Shown: piece after piece, positions 1 to 7,627 of the stretch
How the letters are laid out: every line of letters begins with the position of its first letter
Position numbering within the stretch: position 1 is the stretch's first letter
From: Candidatus Iainarchaeum sp.
GTDB taxonomy: Archaea > Iainarchaeota > Iainarchaeia > Iainarchaeales > JAFCCJ01
Assembly (NCBI GenBank): GCA_043816965.1
Contig: JBDRHK010000009.1
Coordinates: 1-20,830, forward strand
Length of the DNA stretch: 20,830 nt
Direction: 5' to 3'
Program-made: the position numbers and the translations under genes
The notes under the pieces: model-generated
Told to the model about the DNA's origin: nothing
Seen by the model: the letters and a program-made list of their open reading frames with translations, nothing else
Database searches by the model: none

Positions 1-2
1 GC

Positions 3-620
3 GGTTGTCCCTGAGCCCATGAACGGGTCTAACACCAAGTCCCCTTCTTTGCTGGAATACTGAATCAGCTTTTTCACGAGCGCGAGAGGCAGTTTTGTCG
101 GGGTTTTTTTCTCCCCTTTCCAGTACTCCCTGTTCACAACCAAAACATCCTCAGGATAGTGGTCCATTTTTGTGAATTGGTATTTTTTCAGGTTTTTCAC
201 AAGCAGTAGGACATGGTAGTGGGAAGTGACAAATTTCTTTTTCGTGAAAACACCGAACTGGTATTTCCAGATCAAATGGTTCAGGGTTTTGAAGCCCGCC
301 TCATCAACTGCGTTTAAGATATCTTTCAGATTTGTCCAGCCTGAGAAAACATACATGCTCCCTGTTTCTTTCAAAATGCGAAATGATTCTGAAATCCAGT
401 CCAGGCTGAATTCAGCATACTTTTCCTGCGAAATATCATTATAGCCTTCAATAACATTTCCCGCGGTTCTGTTGTAGTTTGCCCTTTTTGCCTTGAATTC
501 GATTGCAAACGGGGGGTCTGTTAAAATTAAATCAGCGGAATTGGAAGGGAGTTCCTTAAGGAGTTTTAGGGAATCCCCTTTGTGGATTTTATTAACGGCA
601 AATTTGCCTATTTTATTCAT
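3..620 (-). CDS. Site-specific DNA methyltransferase, N6-adenine/N4-cytosine, beta class (3' end runs off the window)
   Basis: Not in the ORF track. Manual translation from ATG 620: MNKIGKFAVNKIHKGDSLKLLKELPSNSADLILTDPPF...TPTKLPLALVKKLIQYSSKEGDLVLDPFMGSGTT. Motif IV (DPPF) precedes motif I (DPFMGSGTT), the beta-class order. The start overlaps the DUF1858 gene by 8 nt. Confidence 0.93.
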   Translation of the reverse strand, partial: MNKIGKFAVNKIHKGDSLKLLKELPSNSADLILTDPPFAIEFKAKRANYNRTAGNVIEGYNDISQEKYAEFSLDWISESFRILKETGSMYVFSGWTNLKDILNAVDEAGFKTLNHLIWKYQFGVFTKKKFVTSHYHVLLLVKNLKKYQFTKMDHYPEDVLVVNREYWKGEKKTPTKLPLALVKKLIQYSSKEGDLVLDPFMGSGTT

Positions 621-831
621 CCTGACCCGCGACTTCATTCATTTCCTTAAGCATTGCCTCAATCTTTTCTTCGTCCAACCCATGCGCCATTGCGCCCTGC
701 TCAATTGTTTCCGAGGTTGCCACATGGCAACCCACACAATGGAGGCCATATTTAAGCATAATTTCTGCTGTCTGCGGGAATTTTGTTATTACCTCTCCCA
801 AGGTCATTTCTTTTGTTACATTTTCAGTCAT
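613..831 (-). CDS. DUF1858 / hybrid-cluster-protein-associated redox disulfide domain protein
   Basis: 72 aa with the family pattern TKEMTLGEVITKFPQTAEIMLKYGLHCVGC...ETIEQGAMAHGLD (HCxGC). Confidence 0.88.
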   Translation of the reverse strand: MTENVTKEMTLGEVITKFPQTAEIMLKYGLHCVGCHVATSETIEQGAMAHGLDEEKIEAMLKEMNEVAGQDE

Positions 832-832
832 T

Positions 833-1018
833 TCATCCCTCCTTCAGTTCTATTGCTCCCTGCTCACAGCTTACTTCACACGCCCTGCACTGGATGCATG
901 CTGCAGGGTTTTTTACCTCAACCTTATCCCCTTTCTCAAATACACTTACAGGGCAAACTTCCACGCATGTCCCGCAAGTGGTGCATTTCTTGTAGTCAAT
1001 AAAAGGCCTTTCTGCCAT
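833..1018 (-). CDS. 2[4Fe-4S] ferredoxin
   Basis: 61 aa with two CxxCxxCxxxC motifs (CTTCGTCVEVCP, CIQCRACEVSC). AGGAGG RBS just upstream. Confidence 0.95.
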   Translation of the reverse strand: MAERPFIDYKKCTTCGTCVEVCPVSVFEKGDKVEVKNPAACIQCRACEVSCEQGAIELKEG

Positions 1019-1149
1019 TTAATCCCTCCTAAAAAGTGAAATAATTGAATGAGAAAAGGGTATTAAAGCTTTTCCCTGCGGAAACTGGGGAAATTCGGCA
1101 AAATGCGGACTTGGGAAGTTTTTAATAGTTGGGGGGATATATTTGATTT

Positions 1150-1506
1150 ATGGGCAGGAGAAGGGAAAGTGGTGCTCGCCATACACCAGCTCCAGGAAAA
1201 GGAACTACTCCTCCTAGCAGTGAGGTTAAACCTTTTATTAGAAGGAGATTTACGTGGAGAGGCCCTTGGACACTAACCGGGGCAATAAAACTAGCTGAAA
1301 GAAAGCTGATGAATGATCCAAAATTGAACTTTCTTGGTGAAGGCGAAAAGAAGGCCCCTGTCCATCAGGGCCGGAAGGAGACCGCAATTAAGCAAATAGT
1401 TAATGATAAAGGAAACTTGTCTTTAACTTATGCTGACTTACGGGATAAGGTAATGACGGAAGTAATAAAAAGGACAAGGACGTCCCAGAGCAGTTTTAAA
1501 TCCTAA
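1150..1506 (+). CDS. Hypothetical basic protein (orphan)
   Basis: 118-aa ORF filling the gap between the ferredoxin gene and nrdG. TTTTAATA TATA-like box about 25 nt upstream. Convergent 4-nt overlap with the nrdG stop. No recognisable domain. Confidence 0.65.
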   Translation: MGRRRESGARHTPAPGKGTTPPSSEVKPFIRRRFTWRGPWTLTGAIKLAERKLMNDPKLNFLGEGEKKAPVHQGRKETAIKQIVNDKGNLSLTYADLRDKVMTEVIKRTRTSQSSFKS

Positions 1507-2201
1507 ACATTCCTAATCTCAACTTTCCCAAAAAACGGTTTCAGGGATTCCGCCATTTCCTCTAGTTCTGATTTTGAATAGGCCTTCACTTTTTCAAATT
1601 CCGGGTTGATTGTTCCTTTCATTGGCTTAAACTGCTGCAACACATATTTTCTTGCCCCCTTTAACCATTCCCCAATTCGCAAAGCGTCCTCTTTTGAGTA
1701 AATTTTCGGATGAACTGTGGAGCGGAACTCGTAATCGATTCCAGAATTTTTTATGAGCTCGATTGATTTTTCAATTGCGGAAAGATCAACTTTGCAGCCG
1801 GCTGCCTCTTCATAGCGCTCCCTGGAACTTTTTATGTCCATTGCGATGAAATCCAGCTGTTTTTTTTCAATTAATTTCTGAAGCATTTTTGGGTTGGTTC
1901 CGTTGGTGTCTAATTTTATCAGCAAACCCAATTCCCTTATTTTTGAAATGAATTCAGGAAGATCTGTTTGAAGGGTTGGTTCCCCGCCTGTAATTGAAAC
2001 CCCCTCAATCAGCTTTTTCCTCCTCTCAAGTTCGGTAAACAACAAAGTTTCATCCATTGAGGGGAGTGTTTCAGGAGATTTCACCAATTCAACATTATAA
2101 CAAAAACCGCACTGGAAATTGCAGCCAGGAAGAAATATTACTGTTGCTACATGGTCAGGAAAATCTATAAGTGAGGTCCATTGGGTTCCTTTTACATCCA
2201 T
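1503..2201 (-). CDS. nrdG: Anaerobic ribonucleoside-triphosphate reductase activating protein (radical SAM)
   Basis: SLIDFPDHVATVIFLPGCNFQCGFCYN (CxxxCxxC), ITGGEPTLQ and KLDTNG motifs; adjacent to nrdD. Start placed at ATG 2201 (MDVKG) after a GGTG RBS. Confidence 0.95.
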   Translation of the reverse strand: MDVKGTQWTSLIDFPDHVATVIFLPGCNFQCGFCYNVELVKSPETLPSMDETLLFTELERRKKLIEGVSITGGEPTLQTDLPEFISKIRELGLLIKLDTNGTNPKMLQKLIEKKQLDFIAMDIKSSRERYEEAAGCKVDLSAIEKSIELIKNSGIDYEFRSTVHPKIYSKEDALRIGEWLKGARKYVLQQFKPMKGTINPEFEKVKAYSKSELEEMAESLKPFFGKVEIRNV

Positions 2202-2266
2202 AATAACACCATACAAAAATTAGGGGGGAATTAATTAAACGCCTGCGTTTGCGGGCATTCGGGATT

Positions 2267-2422
2267 TTACTTGACTACTTCAATTGATTTTAGGGCTTTT
2301 TCCTCAGAATATGCAACCCTCTCATTGAACTCCTGTTTCTTTCCCTCATTCCAGTTCTGAACAGGCCTGAAATAACCCACAACCCTGCTGTATACCTCTG
2401 TTTTTTGTCCGCATTTTTCCAT
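2267..2422 (-). CDS. nrdD: Separately encoded C-terminal glycyl-radical domain of class III RNR (NrdD small polypeptide, 51 aa)
   Basis: Manual translation: MEKCGQKTEVYSRVVGYFRPVQNWNEGKKQEFNERVAYSEEKALKSIEVVK*. YSRVVGY is the NrdD glycyl-radical motif, which the large ORF lacks. GGAGG RBS at 2435-2431. The ATG directly follows the TAA of the large ORF. Confidence 0.92.
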   Translation of the reverse strand: MEKCGQKTEVYSRVVGYFRPVQNWNEGKKQEFNERVAYSEEKALKSIEVVK

Positions 2423-5400
2423 TTATTTCGCCTCCTTTGCCTTTTCAACCTCTATAGGGCAGCTTTCATGCGAGCCCTTTACATAACCATGCTCCGGGCA
2501 GATGCTGAATGTTGGCGTAATCGTGTAATAGGGAAGTTTGTAATTCTCCGCAATCCTTTTCACCAATTTCTTGCAGGCCTCTCCTGAGCTTATCGCCTCA
2601 CCAACAAAACAATGCAAAACCGTTCCCCCTGTATACTTTGCCTGAATCTCATCCTGATGCTCCAGTGCCTCAAACATATCCTCAGTGGAATTCACAGGGA
2701 GATGTGTTGAATTTGTGTAATATGGGGCTGCCTCAGTTCCTGCAGTAATAATATCTGCGAACTTCTTCTTATCTATCCTAGCTAAACGATATGCGGTGCC
2801 CTCAGCAGGTGTTGCCTCAAGGTTATAGATGTGCTTGCTTTCCTCCTGGAATTTGGTTATGTTTGCCCTGAAAAGGTCAAGAACATCCAAAGCAAACTGC
2901 CTCCCCTCAGGAGTGGAAATGTCCTTTCCCAAAAAGTTCAGGCATGCCTCGTTCATTCCACACAAGCCAATTGTTGCAAAGTGGTTCTCAAGATGCCCAA
3001 GATACCTTCGGGAATAAGGCAGCAAACCATTCTCCATGTTCTTCTTTACCTCTTTTCTCTTAATCTCTAAGGATTCCTTTCCCAGTTCCATTAGCTTAGT
3101 GATTCTGTCAAAGAACTCATCCTTGTTGTGAGAAAGATACCCCACTCTGGGAAGGTTAATTGTCACAACCCCAATGCTCCCTGTCTGCTCCCCTGAGCCA
3201 AACAGGCCTCCGGTTTTGGTCCTTAAATCCTTAAGATTTAATTGCAGCCTGCAGCACATGCTCCTTACATCGCTTGGCTTTAGCGAGGAATTTACGAAAT
3301 TCTGAAAATAGGGCGTGCCGTATTTGGCGGTCATCTCAAACAAAAGTTCCGCATTCTGGCTGTCCCAGTCGAAATCCTTTGTTATGTTATATGTGGGTAT
3401 GGGGAATGTAAAAATTCTTCCATCCATGTCGCCCTTCATCATGACCTCTATAAAGGCCCTGTTAATCATGTCCATTTCTTTTTGGAATTCGCCATAGGTT
3501 TCATCAATAAGTTTCCCGCCGAAAATTACCTTCTCGTTTTTCAGGTCCTCGGGAACAACCCAGTCAAAAGTCAGGTTGGTAAAAGGAACCTGATTTCCCC
3601 AGCGGGAGGTTGAATTCACGGCAAAAACAAATTCCTGCATTGACTGCTTTACCCCTTCATAATCCAGGCCATCTTTTGCAATAAGCGGTGCAAGATAGGT
3701 GTCAAATGAGGAAAGAGCTTGTGCACCTGCCCATTCATTCTGCAAAGTTCCAAAGAAATTTACAATCTGCCCCAATGCCGCATTGAAATGCTTTGCTGGC
3801 TTTGCTGCAATTCTTCCTGGGACTCCATTAAAGCCCTCGGTGAGAAGTGATTTTAAGCTCCAGCCTGCACAATTATGGGCAAGCATCCCATTGCAGACAA
3901 AAGTATGTGAATCTGTTGTTATGTCATATACAAAAGACCTGTCATTTTCAACTATCTCTATTTTCCTGATATGGGAAAATTTCTTGAATTTATGTTCTTC
4001 TTTAGAAAATTTAAATCCGCCCTGAGTAATTTTAATTGATTGGGAAAACAGGTTGGCTTTTGATTCCGGAAGGTAAATAGATAGGGCGTAGAGTTGTTTA
4101 TTGGATTTTATCACATTGCCCCTGTATTCTCTTTCTCCAAATGAGTCAATTGTGGAAAGCGATGAATTTATGCCTTGGGAATGCAGCCAGAATTGGATTT
4201 GGCTTAACAGGGTTTTGGATGTCAACCTTATGACACTTCTTGAAACCCATTTATCGTCATTTCTTACGATGCCATCGCCATCTATAACCCCTGCAACCAT
4301 ACCGCCTATGCATTCACAGGAATAATTGAGAAACTCGATAGGAAGGTTCTTGTTTTCAGAATAAGCCCTTATTTGATTAAAACTTTCTAGTAGCTCTGAA
4401 GAGATACTTCTCAGGTCGATGTTAACAACAAGAGTACCTTCCAGCACCTCATTCATCATGAGATTGCCAGAATCAACCATATTCCACTCCCTGGTTTCCC
4501 TGTTTCTTAAAGCAGTGGAAAACTTCACAGTATTATTATTTAAGTAATTTACCAATTTGTGGGTCTCTGTACTATTAGGGTCTAATTCAAACGACAAATA
4601 ATTGTCCTTAAAATAGCCCTCGGCAACAAAAAAACCAATCAACCATCCGTCTTCTGCACTTAATGTACTTTTCCTGATTAATTCAAGCGAAAATTCAGGA
4701 GTTATGGCATAATTGCCCAGGGAAGCATCTCTGGAAAAAATTTCCTTTCTTTTATCAACAATTGATTCAACCGGCTTCTTAAACGTGTTTTCACATTTCC
4801 TGCACTTATAATAATCAATTCCCTTTCTATTGCTCCTATTCTTAAACACATTATTGCTTCCGCAGCTACTGCAATTAAAGGACTCTTTCTCCTGCTCTAA
4901 GGTTATAAATGGATGGTCATTTGTAACAATTAAATTATTGCCATTGACAGAATTAATTGAAATCAGGGGTTTCTCTGTTTTATGCCTTAAGACCCTTAAT
5001 AAATTAGTCCAGCCAGATTCATCCAAAACCTCGAAGCTGTCAGTATACTTTATTTCAAAACCATTTTCTTCTACCACTGGAGAGTTAACCAAATCAAACA
5101 ATTGTTCCAAGCTTAAGCACAACAATTTAGATGATTCTTTCTCCCGCAGCACAATTGTTTCATTTCTGTAAAAAGAATAACCGCTAAATGTCCCATTGCC
5201 CAAATCATGGATATGGAAATCCCCATTCCTGTGCGCATCTGCAATTTCTTTAGGGTAAATGTTATCCAAAGTGTATTCTGCAATAACCGCACCTGAAATA
5301 TGCGCCTGCAATCCTGAAAGGGAATAGGCCGCATTGCTGTTTTCTGCAACCCTCCAGTCGGCCTTGCCGACATAACTGTCAACAACATTGGAAATTTTGG

Positions 5401-5713
5401 AAAGGAATGCCTTTACATCCCTGATTCCGCTTCTTTTGTCCCTGTAAAGGATAAATGCCTTGGAGGTTTGGTAATGGCCTTCCTCAATCAGGATTTTTTC
5501 AACAGCATCCTGCACCTGCTCAACACTGGGAATTTGGCCTGCAAATTTATCATTTATGTAATCTACGACCTTATCTGAAAGCTTTAGGGCCATGCTCTTG
5601 TCATGCCCGCCCGCGGCTTTTGCCGCGGCATAAATCGCGTCTGTGACCTTGTCCTGGTCAAATTCCACTATTCTTCCGTCCCTTTTACGAACCCTGGAAA
5701 TCCTTGCCGACAT
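2423..5713 (-). CDS. nrdD: Anaerobic (class III) ribonucleoside-triphosphate reductase large polypeptide, with N-terminal ATP-cone and an intein; lacks the Gly-radical tail
   Basis: ATP-cone (VRKRDGRIVEFDQDKV), HIHDL...Y/CAGWSL, NEWAGAQA, finger loop RSMCCRL, YNLEATPAEG, YTGGTVLH and TPTFSICPEHGY. 1096 aa, or 661 aa after intein removal. Confidence 0.96.
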   Translation of the reverse strand: MSARISRVRKRDGRIVEFDQDKVTDAIYAAAKAAGGHDKSMALKLSDKVVDYINDKFAGQIPSVEQVQDAVEKILIEEGHYQTSKAFILYRDKRSGIRDVKAFLSKISNVVDSYVGKADWRVAENSNAAYSLSGLQAHISGAVIAEYTLDNIYPKEIADAHRNGDFHIHDLGNGTFSGYSFYRNETIVLREKESSKLLCLSLEQLFDLVNSPVVEENGFEIKYTDSFEVLDESGWTNLLRVLRHKTEKPLISINSVNGNNLIVTNDHPFITLEQEKESFNCSSCGSNNVFKNRSNRKGIDYYKCRKCENTFKKPVESIVDKRKEIFSRDASLGNYAITPEFSLELIRKSTLSAEDGWLIGFFVAEGYFKDNYLSFELDPNSTETHKLVNYLNNNTVKFSTALRNRETREWNMVDSGNLMMNEVLEGTLVVNIDLRSISSELLESFNQIRAYSENKNLPIEFLNYSCECIGGMVAGVIDGDGIVRNDDKWVSRSVIRLTSKTLLSQIQFWLHSQGINSSLSTIDSFGEREYRGNVIKSNKQLYALSIYLPESKANLFSQSIKITQGGFKFSKEEHKFKKFSHIRKIEIVENDRSFVYDITTDSHTFVCNGMLAHNCAGWSLKSLLTEGFNGVPGRIAAKPAKHFNAALGQIVNFFGTLQNEWAGAQALSSFDTYLAPLIAKDGLDYEGVKQSMQEFVFAVNSTSRWGNQVPFTNLTFDWVVPEDLKNEKVIFGGKLIDETYGEFQKEMDMINRAFIEVMMKGDMDGRIFTFPIPTYNITKDFDWDSQNAELLFEMTAKYGTPYFQNFVNSSLKPSDVRSMCCRLQLNLKDLRTKTGGLFGSGEQTGSIGVVTINLPRVGYLSHNKDEFFDRITKLMELGKESLEIKRKEVKKNMENGLLPYSRRYLGHLENHFATIGLCGMNEACLNFLGKDISTPEGRQFALDVLDLFRANITKFQEESKHIYNLEATPAEGTAYRLARIDKKKFADIITAGTEAAPYYTNSTHLPVNSTEDMFEALEHQDEIQAKYTGGTVLHCFVGEAISSGEACKKLVKRIAENYKLPYYTITPTFSICPEHGYVKGSHESCPIEVEKAKEAK
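3872..5176 (-). mobile_element. Intein (435 aa, residues 180-614) with LAGLIDADG homing endonuclease
   Basis: Splits the conserved Y|CAGWSL. Begins SFYRNETIV (Ser1), has block B IVTNDHPF and LAGLIDADG-like motifs WLIGFFVAEG and MVAGVIDGDG, and ends VYDITTDSHTFVCNGMLAHN followed by Cys+1. Confidence 0.95.
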
Positions 5714-5805
5714 TGTAAAACCCCCTTATAGATTAATTAATGCTAAGTTTTTATGAGCCTATTGTTTGAATTCTAAATTCAAAGGAATTAAATTACTCTT
5801 CACAG

Positions 5806-5822
5806 CTATAAAAAGCTTTACC
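5806..5822 (-). promoter_or_regulatory. Putative archaeal BRE/TATA promoter of nrdD
   Basis: Minus strand reads GGTAAAGCTTTTTATAG about 95 nt upstream of the nrdD ATG. Sequence resemblance only. Confidence 0.5.
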
Positions 5823-5962
5823 CTGCAGAGCGGCCTATTTGGAATGCAAATTTTTATTGCCATTTTTTTTCAGTTTATTGATTCATTTGATTTCATGAAA
5901 AGTGAAAAAGTTCAGTTTTGCCGAATTCACGCACCGGGAACTTTGGTTTTCTCCGGCTGAAT

Positions 5963-6238
5963 TTAGTGGCGAATTGAGAAATCTGAAAATTCCCCCTTAA
6001 ATTCATCCCATTCTATCTTAACATCCTTAACCTCTGCTTTGCTTGGCCCATGGGAAATCATTTCCAGCAGATGCTTAAGCGATTTCTCATCCCCCTCTGC
6101 AACAACCTCAACAGTGCCATTTTCCAGGTTCCTCACAAAACCCTTCAAACCCAATGGCTTGGCCTTCATTGATGTAAATATGCGAAAGGAAACTGCCTGC
6201 ACCCTTCCTGAAACAATTGCATGAAGCCTTTTTGCCAT
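5963..6238 (-). CDS. acyP: Acylphosphatase
   Basis: VSGRVQAVSFR...LGLKGFVRNLENGTVEVVAEG signature, 91 aa. Confidence 0.95.
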   Translation of the reverse strand: MAKRLHAIVSGRVQAVSFRIFTSMKAKPLGLKGFVRNLENGTVEVVAEGDEKSLKHLLEMISHGPSKAEVKDVKIEWDEFKGEFSDFSIRH

Positions 6239-6658
6239 TCAACCACCAATTAACTCCAATACCCTGCAGAAATTTTCCTTATTTTCCTTATGGGTTAGAA
6301 TTTCAGTGACCTTGCCTTTCTCAACCCATTCGAAAGAATCATGCTCTTTAATCCCTTCCTGCAGTTTCACTTCTTCTTCCATATTCCCCTTAATCAGAAA
6401 CACGTTGTAAATATAATTCACATCTGAAGCAGTCCATTCCATCTTTTCAGGGACTTTCCCCACGATTTCCAGTTCCTTTAGGCCGGTTTCCTCGCCAACT
6501 TCGCGGAGAACCGCCTCCTCTGCTTTCTCCCCTTCCTCAATTCCGCCTTTGGGGAATTCCCATCCTTTCCAATTCAGGACGCGGTGGAGCAGGAGGAAGT
6601 ATTTTTCTCCGTCTTTTTCCGCGAAAACAATTCCTGTTACGCCGTTCTTTATGTTCAT
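6239..6658 (-). CDS. Nudix hydrolase (Ap4A hydrolase-like)
   Basis: Nudix box WEFPKGGIEEGEKAEEAVLREVGEETGL and a C-terminal EHDSFEWV. Confidence 0.93.
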   Translation of the reverse strand: MNIKNGVTGIVFAEKDGEKYFLLLHRVLNWKGWEFPKGGIEEGEKAEEAVLREVGEETGLKELEIVGKVPEKMEWTASDVNYIYNVFLIKGNMEEEVKLQEGIKEHDSFEWVEKGKVTEILTHKENKENFCRVLELIGG

Positions 6659-6726
6659 TAATCAATATAATATCCATTAGTATTAAAGGATTAATTTTAA
6701 TTGGCCTGATTTCATCAATCGACGTT

Positions 6727-6747
6727 ATCCGCCATGGCGGATGGCGG
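6727..6747. repeat. Perfect 16-bp GC-rich palindrome plus a tandem extra arm
   Basis: ATCCGCCA|TGGCGGAT at 6727-6742; ATGGCGG occurs twice in tandem (6734-6740 and 6741-6747). Confidence 0.85.
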
Positions 6748-6751
6748 CAGG

Positions 6752-6759
6752 TTTATATA
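6752..6759 (+). promoter_or_regulatory. Putative TATA box of the por operon
   Basis: TTTATATA about 33 nt upstream of the porC TTG; GGTGA RBS at 6783-6787. Confidence 0.6.
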
Positions 6760-6791
6760 TCTGAATTTGCTTCATTATTAGTGGTGAGCTT

Positions 6792-7337
6792 TTGAAAGAA
6801 ATTAGGATTCATGGAAGGGGTGGCCAGGGGGCTGTTACAAGCTCGCAGGTTTTGGCGGTTGCCGCATTTCTCGAGGGCAAGCATAGCCAGGCATTCCCTA
6901 ATTTCGGGGTTGAAAGGACAGGTGCGCCTGTTATGAGCTACACAAGGATAAGCGATGATAAGATACATATAAGAAGCCATGTTTATGAGCCTGATTATGT
7001 TATTGTCCTTGACCCATCACTGATAAAGGCAGTTGATGTCACTGAGGGGCTGAAGGATTCGGGAATGCTTATAATAAATTCCCACAAGCAGGCGAAAGAT
7101 CTGGGGATTAAGGGGAAGTTTGAGGTTAAAAATCTGGACATCACAAAGGTTGCGTTGGAAGTTATTGGAAAGCCGTTTGTGAATATTGCTGCACTTGCCG
7201 CATTTGCCGCTTTCACAGGAGAAGTGAAACTAGAAACTTTGAAAAAGGCGATTGATGAGAAGCTTGGGGATAAGGGAAAGATTGCGGAGCTAAACAAGCA
7301 GGCTGCCGACAAGGTTTACGGGGAGTGCAAAAAATGA
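6792..7337 (+). CDS. porC: Pyruvate/2-oxoacid:ferredoxin oxidoreductase gamma subunit
   Basis: EIRIHGRGGQGAVT, AFPNFGVERTGAPV and PDYVIVLDPSL; TTG start. Confidence 0.95.
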   Translation: MKEIRIHGRGGQGAVTSSQVLAVAAFLEGKHSQAFPNFGVERTGAPVMSYTRISDDKIHIRSHVYEPDYVIVLDPSLIKAVDVTEGLKDSGMLIINSHKQAKDLGIKGKFEVKNLDITKVALEVIGKPFVNIAALAAFAAFTGEVKLETLKKAIDEKLGDKGKIAELNKQAADKVYGECKK

Positions 7338-7627
7338 GCGGAAAGGTGGAACTTACAAGAGGGGCAGTAATAACAACTCCAGGGAGCAGCGCAAAGGGCA
7401 AAACCGGGGGCTGGAGGTCTTTCAGGCCGGTTATGATTTATGATAAATGCATCAAGTGCGGAATCTGCTGGGCAAATTGCCCTGATATTGCGATAATGCC
7501 TATTGAAAATGAAAAGGATAAGAATTTCGGAAAGTTCGAGGTTAATTATGATTACTGCAAGGGCTGTTTGATTTGTTTTACTTTGTGCCCCTCAAAGGCG
7601 ATTGAAAAGGAAGTGGAAGATAAATGA
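7334..7627 (+). CDS. porD: Pyruvate/2-oxoacid:ferredoxin oxidoreductase delta subunit (2[4Fe-4S])
   Basis: KTGGWRSFRP, CIKCGICWANCPD and YDYCKGCLICFTLCP; ATGA overlap with porC. Confidence 0.95.
   Translation: MSGKVELTRGAVITTPGSSAKGKTGGWRSFRPVMIYDKCIKCGICWANCPDIAIMPIENEKDKNFGKFEVNYDYCKGCLICFTLCPSKAIEKEVEDK

Noticed and set aside
226..1002. Plus-strand ORFs 226-444, 493-1002 and 783-995
   Set aside because: Antisense shadows of the MTase, DUF1858 and ferredoxin genes.
4781..4879. IS1-family insertion sequence inside nrdD
   Set aside because: Only an in-frame zinc-ribbon motif is present, with no DDE transposase, terminal inverted repeats or target duplication visible.
2267..5713. nrdD as a nonsense-mutated pseudogene, or Sec/Pyl read-through
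   Set aside because: The stop is TAA (not TGA/TAG) and is followed at once by ATG with a GGAGG RBS. All catalytic motifs and nrdG are intact. A sequencing error cannot be fully excluded without reads.
5766..5960. 64-aa plus-strand ORF in the nrdD upstream region
   Set aside because: TTG start without an RBS, no motif, and it overlaps the predicted nrdD promoter on the opposite strand.
5714..5962. Bacterial NrdR boxes upstream of nrdD
   Set aside because: No tandem match to the acaCwAtATaTwGtg-type consensus was seen.
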